This document shows positions 1 through 26,266 of a DNA stretch of 64,000 bases, piece after piece. Every line of letters starts with the position of its first letter. Positions within the stretch are counted from its first letter, which is position 1. The translations under genes and the position numbers were made by a program. Origin of the DNA: Hormiphora californensis (Eukaryota; Animalia; Ctenophora). A model generated the notes under the pieces. That model did no database searches and was not told the DNA's origin. It saw only the letters and a list, made by a program, of their open reading frames with translations. The stretch lies in the NCBI GenBank assembly GCA_020137815.1, contig CM035361.1:3534001-3598000 (forward strand), given 5' to 3'.

Positions 1-770
1 TTTTCCACCCTACTTTTTGAGTTTTTGAAGTTTTTGAAGTTGACTTCAAAAACTTCAAAAACTCTAAACTACTTTTTTATGCTATCAGTGACTATTATTA
101 CACTTGTTTAGGTTAGTTTCATGCTTAATACATATTGTGGCAAAGTTATCCGTACTTGTCTGCACTTTTTCTACCACAAATTAGGATATTTACAATGATT
201 CCTAACCATGAAATCCATGACACAATTTGGTGTAAAAAATTTAAATTTTTTTGTAAAAAAAGATTTTATTTTCATTCTATAACTCAAAATATTGCCTAGA
301 AAATGCTAAGAAAGTGTTAAAAAAATTATGAAGTAAATTTTCAAAATTTTTTTGGGGCCACACCCTTTTTGCCAGTTTCACAAAATGCAAATTTTTTATG
401 AAGGGAGTAGTGAAAAAAATATGGTCACCAAAATCATCAGCGGCCTCGAGTTAGTGGGGGTACGTGCCAAAATGAAGTCTCCACCTCATCTAATTCGAGG
501 GATAATGGGATATTTTCATAATTTTGTGTGTGCGCATGACTTTTTTTGGGCTAGACCAGTTTTAATGGTTTATGAGTGACTATAGGCTTTTTAAAGGGGT
601 GTATCTTGTTCGGAATATGCAAGTTTATATAAGAGTTATGAAGCAACATAGGGCCTATCTCCAACGGTTTAGGAGATATGAGTTTTTGAAGTTTTTGAAG
701 TTTTTGAAGTTTTCCACCCTAAGTTTCTCTTTGAAGTTTTTGAAGTTGACTTCAAAAACTTCAAAAACTT
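1..770. mobile_element. Fragment of a non-autonomous DNA-transposon-like repeat related to the foldback element at 8905-10252
   Basis: 430-525 (aaaatcatcagcggcctcgagttagtggggg...catct...gataatggga) aligns by eye to the internal sub-repeat at 9302-9390. A gtttttgaa 9-mer block is repeated at 1-60 and 680-770. Confidence 0.55.
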
Positions 771-796
771 CAGCCGCCCCCCCCCCCCCCCCCCCC

Positions 797-888
797 GGAA
801 ATACTGGTCCCTGATTGGCTGATAACCAGTCACGTGGCCTAAATAACGAGTTCTGATTGGTTGTTTACTTGTGTCGGTCGGTTCCTGA
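797..888. mobile_element. Short hAT-like MITE, 5'-truncated copy (family also at ~55703-55821, 61009-61100, ~61510-61603)
   Basis: Shared core ggaaatactggtccctgattggctgataaccagtcacgtg..ctaaataacgagttctgattgg...ggtcggttcctg. Confidence 0.75.
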
Positions 889-1188
889 TTCACAGTGCCA
901 GTGACATGAATGTTGGTGAAAGAGGAATACTCGCGGAAATCTTTCTCATTTTTCTTCTTGGAATATAATGCTCGCTCTCTCGGCCGTTACTTCTCTCGTA
1001 TCATCTTCTTATCTTCCTTCCCTGTATGACATGTCACACATTATATAAAGAGAGAGTTACCAGATCTTGCAAGATACTCTCAGATAGCATGATATCTCAC
1101 TGAACTATTATCTCCACTAAATATCTCTCTGAATATAATGGCTGAAAATTTAATATTAATTAATGTTAATTAATTTGATATCTTTCAG

Positions 1189-1445
1189 GAGAGGAGAGTG
1201 CACCAGTAGTAGCTGCTTCAACCACAAGCCAGGTATAGATAACATGAGGTTAACGGTGTTGACATGAGGTTAACAGTATTAACATGAGGTTAACCTCACA
1301 AACAGGAGTTCAGTATCTGTTTCACATAAACAGAATGTTCGGCAGTGTTAAACTTTGGTCCAACTACCCAAACTATCAAATAATAACTAATCCCCACCTT
1401 GTTAACAGTGCTAACCCCTCCCCGCCTTTTCAGGAGACTGAATAA
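1189..1445 (+). CDS. Possible last two exons of an upstream gene (1189-1232, 1434-1445; ...GEESAPVVAASTTSQ|ETE*)
   Basis: tttcag acceptors and a gtatag donor with consistent phase; no recognisable homology. Confidence 0.3.
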
Positions 1446-2149
1446 GGACCCACTACCAACATCAACTTGGTGATGTCATCCCCTCTTCTGGTAGTGGAGG
1501 AGTGATGTCATCACCAAACCACCATCAACCCGTATCATGCATGTGTTCGCTGTATGTGTGAGAAAAATGCACAAAATGGACGCTATATATCTCTCGATCC
1601 ACCACCCTCTCTCCACCCCTCTATTTTTCGTCACGGCGTCTCTGTTTACTCCTTGACTGCATCCTGTTAGGGGATGTATGTGCAACACTCCTCGACTAGG
1701 GGATGTTTGTCTTTTTAAGTGTGTTAAATCGCAAATGCTGGACATGATTTTTTTACAACAATAATTATTTTATGTGAGAAAGAGAGAGCGCTCCACGATA
1801 TATTTTTTTCTGAGAAAAAAAAGCGTGCGTGTGATGGAAAGTGGAGTTGAGGGAGAGATTCTAAAAAGAATTTTTATACTCATCTGACAATATATTAAAG
1901 AGAGTGTTTGAAGTAGCTAAGTGTTTATTTTGGTTGATTGATTTGAAAAATGACATTTGTTACCCCACTATTCGATAAAAAACTCGGTGTTTTTAATTTC
2001 GTTATTCGTCAAATGAATGTGACTCCTAAATCACAGATATAATTATAAACAAAGCAGTAATTTTCGGTCTCTGCTCTTCTCCTAAGTGGTCATTGGTTGG
2101 TACACTACACGCATAAGGCATATTATGCGTAAATTCGATGAATAAATAG

Positions 2150-2420
2150 ACCCCTGATCCAAAACGAAGAACATACTCGGTTCCAGGGACTTACTGTAAC
2201 GTGCGAGCTGACAACGCAAACACTGAATCGCGCAATCTTCCGCCTCTTGTTGTGCGCGCGCGGGTCTTTAATGGTACGCGCAAAGTTGACGCCGCGCTTC
2301 CATCAGGCGCGCCCTAAATTTAAAATCCAAATTGTTCACAACGAAATTTCGCGAAAGCTAAAAACAGAAACTGGAAATTTTTACCGTTACGCCGTTGCTG
2401 ACCAGTGACCTGTCTCCACA
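2150..2420 (+). promoter_or_regulatory. CpG-rich putative promoter upstream of TMEM241/ARID4
   Basis: Local CpG and GCGC enrichment (gtgcgcgcgcgggtc, gccgcgc, ggcgcgcc) in AT-rich flanks, directly before the ORF. Confidence 0.45.
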
Positions 2421-2458
2421 CGTTTATCACCTGCCCTTCCCTAATCCCTAGGCTGTAG

Positions 2459-3331
2459 ATGAGTGGTAGAACGGTCTCTCAACATGTACTCTCGTGTGTT
2501 CTTCCAACGGCCTACATTTTGTGCAACAAATCCGTCCTGACTCTTCACGGATTCAAATTTCCCAGCGTCTTCCTCTCTTGGCAGATCTTGGTTGCCATCA
2601 CAGCCATCATTCTGGTGTCCCGACCGGTGTTATCTTTCCACGACTTCACCTCTTCACTACCTGAATCCCTCCTTTATGTTATAGTGATCTACACGGGCAG
2701 CAGATCTCTCGGAGTCCTCTCGCTACCACTATTTATTGGCGCTGAATTCCTATCCCTTCACTGTATAGAAACGTACATTTTATATCAGAAAACCAAACTG
2801 CGATCATCACTACATGTTGTAACGGGTGTTCTGTGCTTTATTCTCCTGTGTATTCTAGGTCAAGATATCCCGAGATTACAACTTGGATTCTTGATCGCTC
2901 ACAGTGCCGCCTATGGGACACAATGGCATATTTCCCGAACAAAAACAATCACCCTCTCTAGAACAGTATCATGCTTAGTGTGCGGGACAGTGTTTCTGAT
3001 CCTGTACGGTACTGTCAGCGGAGAAATAACACGAGCAGCCATCTTTGACTACTCTCACACCCATTTCAAACTTTCTCTCCTTCTCTCTGGAGTTCTCAGT
3101 GCGGGTGTGACATTGACAGACGATAAAGAGAAAAAGGAACACGTATCACGGTGTGTCGCGGCCCGTGCTGCGCTCACTCTCATGGTTGGGTCTGTGTTTG
3201 GGTTTAGTGGGGATGCGGTTCAGGTTCTGATAGGATCATTCTTTGTGTTTATCCTTCTTCTCGACTGTTATTTCTCTAGAGCTGTGTCAGATCCTGCTGG
3301 TACTGCAGGGGGAGAAGAGGTTGTTGTTTAG
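2459..3331 (+). CDS. TMEM241: TMEM241 (SLC35D4)-like nucleotide-sugar transporter family membrane protein, single exon, 290 aa
   Basis: Motifs ILCNKSVLTLHGFKFPSVFLSWQ and LPESLLYVIVIYTGSRSLGVLSLPLF match TMEM241 (LTNKYVLSVLKFTYPTLFQGWQ; LPASVLFVGIIYAGSRALSRLAIPVF). Multiple hydrophobic segments and similar length. Confidence 0.85.
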   Translation: MSGRTVSQHVLSCVLPTAYILCNKSVLTLHGFKFPSVFLSWQILVAITAIILVSRPVLSFHDFTSSLPESLLYVIVIYTGSRSLGVLSLPLFIGAEFLSLHCIETYILYQKTKLRSSLHVVTGVLCFILLCILGQDIPRLQLGFLIAHSAAYGTQWHISRTKTITLSRTVSCLVCGTVFLILYGTVSGEITRAAIFDYSHTHFKLSLLLSGVLSAGVTLTDDKEKKEHVSRCVAARAALTLMVGSVFGFSGDAVQVLIGSFFVFILLLDCYFSRAVSDPAGTAGGEEVVV

Positions 3332-3699
3332 GGAGATATTTTCAGGTTTTTTATTCAGAGTGTGACAGAGCTGAGTCTATGTTTTCTATTGTTTGAACAT
3401 TTATTTATTGGGATGATTTTTATACCTTTTTGACTTCTGGAATGTTAACGAAACTGTCGTTAATAGACCTGCCTTAAACACTGTTAAACTTGCTGTAAAC
3501 ACTTCTCTAAAGTTGCTATAAACATTTCTCTAACAACTTTAAACAACTCTATTACATTGCCCACAACCCTCTAGTATACATATATTAACAACTCTATCTA
3601 TCCTCCCTGTAGCTATGTTATAGGAACCATCCCTCATGATAACCTGAACATTGCTGACAGTGGGAGACCTCGAGCGGAGCGCAGAGGAGTGAATGGGCC

Positions 3700-18742
<15,043 letters not shown>

Positions 18743-19197
18743 GTGAGGTTTAATGAGGTTTTAATGAGGTTTTAGTGATGTTTAATGAGGTTTTAGGGGG
18801 GATGTTCCATGTTATGTTTTCAAAGTGTTCCGTGAGGTTAAGGTTCTATGATCCTTTCCGTGAGGTTTTTGTAGTTAGGTTCCAAGATTTGTCTCCCTTC
18901 GTGGACCTGAAAAATAGTATTTCACTCTCGTATTTTCTTTGTCATGTTCTGACAGCTGAATGTACGTGTAGTCCTAACTCAAAGTGGTCAACAAGCAAGC
19001 TTTTCATGAAATAGAGAGAGGGGGGAGAGAGAGTGAGAGAGAGTGTGAGAGAGATTTGATGCGATCGAGAATTGAGGGTAACAACTTGCAAGGTGTGTTC
19101 GTGTACACTTTTTGCTACTCATGTATCGACTCCGTACCCCTTCGCTCTCATTGTCTCTATCTCTCTCTCTCTCTCTCACTCCCTCTCTCTCCCTCTC

Positions 19198-19232
<35 letters not shown>

Positions 19233-19453
19233 ATCCTTCTCTCAACTAACTGTAACTATCTATTGCTATCCGTCGTGCCGTTTACTTGTCTCTTTTTATA
19301 ACCCCCTATTGAGATGTTATATTGTCGACAATTTCCCACCTCGTTCCATATAAATCATCCGCCAAATACACAGCTTATTCTGTTTCGGGTTACTCTCGGA
19401 TACCTCCCATAGAAGTTGTGCAGGTAAAGTAGTCTGGGAATCTCGAATTATTG

Positions 19454-22400
19454 TGTAAGACCCCCCTGTTGGGATCCCCCTTTCGCCGTTGGACTGAGCA
19501 CCGGGTTGGCTAGATCGGACATTGCGTTGTACTGCTCACACGGGTATATTGAGGTGACTGTGAGCGAATAATGAAATATGCAAGTGTGGTTTTAGTATAT
19601 ATTACTATATTTTAATTAACTAATACGACAAGAAATATAATGTGGGGTAAATAAATAAGTACCGAAGCAGTACACAAAACTCATTAGAGATCTAAGTCCA
19701 AATAGGAGAAGTGAATCCACAAAGCGAGATCCGAAGAATGAGTTCCCAAAGCAGCTCCAGGAAGTGAGGGCGATCCTCCTCGTGCAGTCCAGTATTAGTA
19801 CTCAGATAATTGGTACCACTAAGTCCCCTGACATGATACACCGCCAGCCACCAACCTCTTCTTGTAATTTGGTTTTAATCATACGGCAGTGATCTCTGAC
19901 GCAGGAACAGGGAACTGGCAAATCTCTCCAACTATCCTCTAAGGTTGTAGAGTCAATTTGTACAGACAACCATCTCAGAACTTCAGCACGAGCCCCCCAT
20001 AATTCTGGTAATTCAGGAACTCCTCTTGAACTAGGGCCGGTACTTAAAACACGATTCATAGTCACATCATACAACAATACTACTGTGGGACATATCCCCA
20101 CATATGATATGAAGTCCTATATCCGTGCACCAGTGCATGGAACCAATTAATATCCATTACGACTAATGGATGAAGTGTGTGGCCATAAATGTAAATCATG
20201 ATATTATATTCCCAAAACAATTTATCCCATAATTAATCAGGGGCACATATAAGTGACCCCGCATCCACCTCTCTCTCCAAGGAGTTTCCAAGAAGAGTAG
20301 AGCCTGCCCAAGTCTCTATTTCTCGGCCAAATCATTCACAAGCCAATTCGGTAGTTCCACTCATGTGGGACTGAGATATATGACAGGGGCACATAATAGT
20401 GACCCGCACCCACCTCTCTCTCCAAGAAGTTCAAAGAGGATTATCAGACGTTCGAGTATTCATAAACACTCATCAGAACAAGAGTCTCGAACAGAGTCTC
20501 TCATTTGAGAACAGCTCTCACTGAAGATGAAAGAACTTTCACTTTGGAATCACGCACAAGAATTCATTCCAGCACATGGCTGTTTAGCCATGGGATGTCT
20601 GGATCACACTCGGCCTCTCAGACGAGCAATTAACTTGTATTTGTCCAAGTTTTAAACACCAACTAATTGAATGATGTCGCCGAAAGAGCGATATACCAAG
20701 ATCTTCCCCGGGAAGTTCCTCTTTAATTACCAGGCCTGCGGTAATTAATAATTCACGGCTTGAGTCAAACTGACCCGCCTTTCTCACACTCACAGTTACC
20801 AAAGGAACACAGGTTAGCATTGCCAACCAGGTAAACTGGATCACTCTATCCATACACTAATAACAGAATGGCCGAAAGAAGGGCTGAAAAGAAGAAAGGG
20901 GGAGGTTTTCAAGACTATATGGAGATCACACAACTATACACCCACCTAATTCCAAAAAGGAGTGCCACAGGGTGGGTCCGAGCAACCCCTCCCAGAGAAA
21001 AATGCATAGCATATTCATCCCCATAAACTCTTTGTGCCCTGTTCGATTACACAGTACCTGTGTCACAGCACTGATGCTAGACAGCTAAACTGTAGTCGTT
21101 TCAATTCAATCTCGTAATAATCTCGCTCATTTATAATCCCGAACAGGGCCATGGCCATAATCTCGTAATATTCTCACTCATTTCATAATTCCGGTGGAAC
21201 ACACATCACATCCACCCGGGTAGTGTCATCCCAGACATCTACCTCCTCCCCTTATCAGCATATCACTGCTCAAACTTTTACCATGTTCTCTCGGTGGCTG
21301 TATACTTCGCCGCAAATTGTACTTTCCACCACCACGTGTTCGACTTTTCGTCAATATCATTAGCTCTCCTGTCTGGGGACCTGACAGTGAGGCGTATCTT
21401 CCTTCCTCCTACATGAAGGAGACTGGAGTGTAAATCCACAATACAACCATGTTTCCTAACATGGGCTGGCCAATGATTAGTTGCTCCTGAATGTCCGCAA
21501 CTAAAAAATCTGCCCTAAGGTTCACAACTTGTTGACCTAGCCCTACCATTATTCCATCTATCCTCCTGTACAATTAACAGGAGTGCCTGCTATACCAACC
21601 AGATTCCACTCACATGATCCATCTCTACTACACGTAGAACCTTATTCGCCAACCCGTGGATATTACATTGACACACCACCTGTGTCTAACAAGGCTTCCG
21701 CCATATGGTTCCCGATTCTGATAGGAACAAAAATTCCTGCAAGGAAATCACTCAAGATTTCCACCGGTTTGGCCTCCCGTACCTGTTGAGCCCTCCAGCT
21801 CCCTGTAGATCTACTAGAGGGCACACCTAGTTTAAAGAAAAAGAAGGGTTACTCCTCCCTCTCTTTGAGTAGTCCCTGGGGTAACATTGTTACCTACTCG
21901 TGCCCACCTGTTCACTAATCATATTAACTGCCGCCGTTGGTTCCTACCCTGATTTCTACTCGCCACCGGTGCAAAGTTATCAGGGTATTATCGAACCCCG
22001 ACCAATCATTTCGATTGCTCGACCAACTATTTTGATGCCTGACCAATCATTTGATGGTCCATACCAACTATTGGATGACCCAGACCCTCCTTTTCTGCAG
22101 AGTAATATTCTCTGGAGTCCCAGTAATCCATACAATCCCTCTTTAGGTGGCCCGAACGACCACAATACCAGCAACTTCGTGTCGGTCTATTACCCTGATA
22201 TTGGTAATAATCCCAGATAGAAGCATCTCCCTCAACTGCCATGGGCCGAGGGACCAGGTAGTGCATATTGTCCCAGCATCAGTTGGGTAACCGCCTCCCC
22301 AAGGAATTTCAGTTCTGAGAACTGAGACTTCAACAGCATCATCCTTCTTCCGGATGTGTTCCGGGCCTGGTGTGAACTCTCGAGGGTAACTGCCTCTTCA

Positions 22401-23902
22401 AGGAGTTCATCGAAATCCATCCTATTATGCCCCGGATTAGCTGTAAGCTAACCTCATCATTTAGTATGCCGCAGCTAGAGCATCCTTCATTACCAATTCG
22501 CGATTACTCCTCGCATTTGGATCCGTATTAGGGAATCCGATGTTACCAAGGTCTCGGAGTCTCTCTCCGAACCATACCTGACTCACCAACTTTCTGGCAA
22601 ATTTCAGGATATCGAATCGAGCCTTCAATTCATTATACCTAGAGCTATCCTCTAGGATCTTCCGTACACCTTTCTTGTACGCAGCCCATGACGAAGTAAC
22701 CAGGTTCACCGACTCAGTTATTCTCTCCTGCAATTTAGGAGGCAAATATGTAACAAACCCCCTAATAATGGCTGACTCAGTCAACCCCAAACCTTTTACA
22801 AAGGCTTCATAACCACACATGAACTGCCTTATAGTCATGGTTGTAGGTGAGTACACCGGCGGTCTGTTCATACCCGCGGTAAGTGACGATGATCATTTCC
22901 ATAATTTCGGAAATGATTTTCACCCATAGCTCTCTGCATTTTTAGCAGAGCCTTTATCCCCTGTTTTGTTTCCTCAGAAGATCATGAAGATTTTCCTTTC
23001 TCAAAAGATCATCAAGCTTTCTTTCGAAAGCTTCGGCTGTCACATTGTTCCCAGGTTCAAATCCTGGTATGTCAGCACCATTTGTAAGACCCCCTGTTGG
23101 GATCCCCCTTTCGCCGTTGGACTGAGCACCGGGTTGGCTAGATCGGACATTGCGTTGTACTGCTCACACGGGTATATTGAGGTGACTGTGAGCGAATAAT
23201 GAAATATGCAAGTGTGGTTTTAGTATATATTACTATATTTTAATTAACTAATACGACAAGAAAATAATGTGGGGTAAATAAATAAGTACCGAAGCAGTAC
23301 ACAAAACACTCACTAGAGATCTAAAAGTCCAATAGGAGAAGTGAATCACAAGCGAGATCCGAAAGAAGTGAGTTCACAAAGCAAGCTCCAAAGAAGTGAG
23401 GGCGATCCTCCTCGTGCAGTCCGTATTAGTACTCAGATATTGGTACCACTAAGTCCCCTGGACTGTACACCGCCATCCACCAACCTCTTCTGTAATTTGG
23501 TTCTTATCCTACTGCCAGTGAATCTCTTACGCAGGAAAACAGGGAACTGGCGAATTCTCTGCCAACCTATCCTCTAAGGTTGTAGAGTCAATTGGTACAG
23601 ACAACCATCGCACAGAACTTCAGCCGAGCATCCCCATAATTCCGGTAATAGAACTCCTTGAAGCTAGGGCCGTAACTTAAAAACACGATTACCAGTCACA
23701 TCATACAACACTACTAACTACTGTGGGACATATCCCCACATATGATTATGAGTCCTATAATCCGTGCACCATTGCATGGAACCAATTAATATCCTTCCGA
23801 CTAATGATGCATGGTTGTGGCCATAAATGTAAATCATGATATAATAATTCCCGAAAACATATTATGCCCATATTATCAGGGGCACATATAAGTGACCCCG
23901 CA
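19454..23902 (-). mobile_element. Gypsy-like LTR retrotransposon, gag-protease only (non-autonomous), degenerate or noisy
   Basis: ~810-bp LTRs 19454-20263 and 23083-23902 (TG..CA on minus strand); PBS 23050-23080; PPT 20264-20281; gag 22871->~21900 with CCHC knuckle (CWYCGRSGHLKRDC); protease ALLDTGG near 21690. No RT, RNase H or integrase recognised. Confidence 0.88.
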
Positions 23903-25024
23903 TTTGAATCAAGAATATATCCGTTAAGTTCTTCATCAGGTGAGTATGGGTTTGAACTCACATGATGAGCTAAGATGTGAAGTCGATAGATCAGAAGAGA
24001 TGAGATAGAGTATTGATACGTGGCAGTTTGAGAGACTCCGTTGGGAGAGAGACTGTTTTAGAGTGGGAGAGATTGAGAGAATCAGAGACCCCGTTCGAGG
24101 GATAGAGAGAGAGAGAGAGAGAGTGACAGCTGAGAGACTCCATTAGCAGAGTCGGGCTGACGAGAAAGAGCCTGAGTCACTGTCAAGAGATGACAATATC
24201 AGAGAGGATCTCTTGATGAGATCTAGCGATGCTAGGTACGGATCTTGACCAAAATTGCACGGACGGAGCCTCACAACCTTTTAGTTTGTGCTTTGGAGGG
24301 TCAGAATCTGTTCTGATGGCAGCTGATGTTTAGCAGAAACTGTGCTAAAATGGTGAGCTACATGCTAAGCTCAGTTTTATTTTCCGGGTACCGATATGTC
24401 TACAGGTACAACAGGGACCATAAGTTGGTCTTGCAAATTATGTAAGGATCGGAGAGTTAACTCAAACTCAAAGTGCAGACAAGAGCCACGGAAGGTAGAC
24501 CCATCTTGTTTGGTCTGAATCAAGGAGTGAACAATTGATTGTTCAATAACGGATACCGATAACGGAGCCTCAAATTTGAGTGCAAAACCCAGCTAGAGGA
24601 GCCTCTGAGGAGATCATTATGGAAATGATCATGATGGAATGCTCTAGTTTCATGTGGAGAATCCAATGTAGATTCTATAGAGATAGGCGATAACCCTATT
24701 GCTCGCCCAGAGAGCACTTGTTCGATGATAAGATAATCGAGTAACACCGCCAATATCATGAGGAAGTCAGTGAATTGGTATCTGACAGACAACGTACAGT
24801 GAGACAGTTGCAGTGGTTCCTACGAGACAGAAAATGAAGTGCTGTCTTGGTGCTGGGATGTTTAATTGAACCCTTTCCATTCTTGGAGAGAGGGGTGGGT
24901 GCAGGATTGCTCTAGTAGCAGTTGTTCCTATGTGACAGAGAAATGGAGCGCCGTCTTGGTGCTGACTGCTGGGATGTTCAATAGAACAAATTAAACCCCT
25001 TCCATTCTTGGAGAGAGGGGTGGA

Positions 25025-25809
25025 TGCGGGGTTGCACCCCTTGTGGTTATACTTATAATTATACGTCTGATAAGGAAAGTCATTTTCCGACCTGCAATGA
25101 TCATATCATATGCACATCATGGCATTCACTGCCACCCTCAATTATACTCTAACAGACTTGAGTTATAATGGTTTGTTTGTTAGGTTGTTAGTGTGTGAGA
25201 GAAGAAAGCTGAAAGATCGCTAGGGTTCTTTTGTTATGTTGAAGCGAGAAGAACTTTGATCCTATTTTTAGTTGCTTGCTGAGAGCTGAACAAAGGAGAC
25301 TACCACGATTGCTCCAATTACAAAGGAAGTGAGAACGACGAGGTGTTGAAACAGTTGCCCCCGAAGATAAGATACAGACCCCTGAAGTAAAGGAGAGCAA
25401 GAACTACCTACGTCAGGGCGCCCCAGCCAATCACGATGAGACGAGTGGGGAGAACGAGAGACTGCCACGTAGAGGTGCTCGGGTCATGTGATCTGCTGAA
25501 GAAGTCAGATAAAAGGAAAGGACTTGGAGAAGAAAGGGGGATGTTGAGTGTTGCAGTTGTGGTTGAGTGTTGCAGCAGTTGTTGAGGTTGAGGCTGATAT
25601 TGACTGTTGGAGTGATACTCAGTGAAGTTGACTTGGTGTGGACTGGAACCTTGTTGGTGTACAGTGTTTTGTAATTGATATCGAAGTCAAGATATTGTTG
25701 CGCTATAGCTGTTAGTGTTTTAGCCGTATATCTTAACGTTCACCCAACCCAAACCTTTCTGTGTTTTGAGATTATAGATACATTTGTGGGATAAATAGGA
25801 GACCTCACA
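25025..25809 (+). mobile_element. LTR of a related element, with PPT and probable 3' internal region (~23903-25024)
   Basis: PPT ggagagaggggtgga followed by TGCGGGGT..., ending ...ACCTCACA (inverted termini); internal CCAAT and ATAAAA-like boxes; same PPT/LTR junction sequence as the 19454-23902 element. Confidence 0.7.
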
Positions 25810-26266
25810 AATCACCCATAACATGGCAAACATCGGAACACACGGAGTGTCTCATGACCCTTCTGGCGTCACAGGATTAAATTGGAACCCCGAATTATCG
25901 GAATGTTTGGGGTATATGTTCCCTGGAAAATTCACATAATCTGGCAAATCGGGGTCTGACAAATAAATAAATCAATCTTATATCTTGGTTAATGGTTAAT
26001 TTTTACAGCTCTCCTAGCGTAGTTGCACGACAGATGTAGATTACTTTGGTGACACCTGGCGCGACCGAGATTGAGTCGCGCCAGGTGTCTATCATGCCAC
26101 CAATAGATTAAATACCCTTCTACATATATTTCCAGGTTTAACTTTATCAAGCTGCGTGGTACGTAATTTTACATGACGTGAAAGACACGTGATTCCCAGC
26201 AAAGCTGTAGCGAGAAAGCAGTATTATAAGTTTATAAAAAATACGTGGATCTGTTGATCAACTTAC

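Noticed and set aside
19680-23902. Dating the LTR element from LTR-LTR divergence
   Set aside because: The first ~200 bp are nearly identical while the rest differs mainly by small indels, which suggests sequencing noise rather than age.
24280-24480. Possible integrase GPY/F-like remnant on the minus strand
   Set aside because: Only a loose, stop-interrupted resemblance, and the adjacent PPT/LTR indicates a plus-strand element; not supportable.
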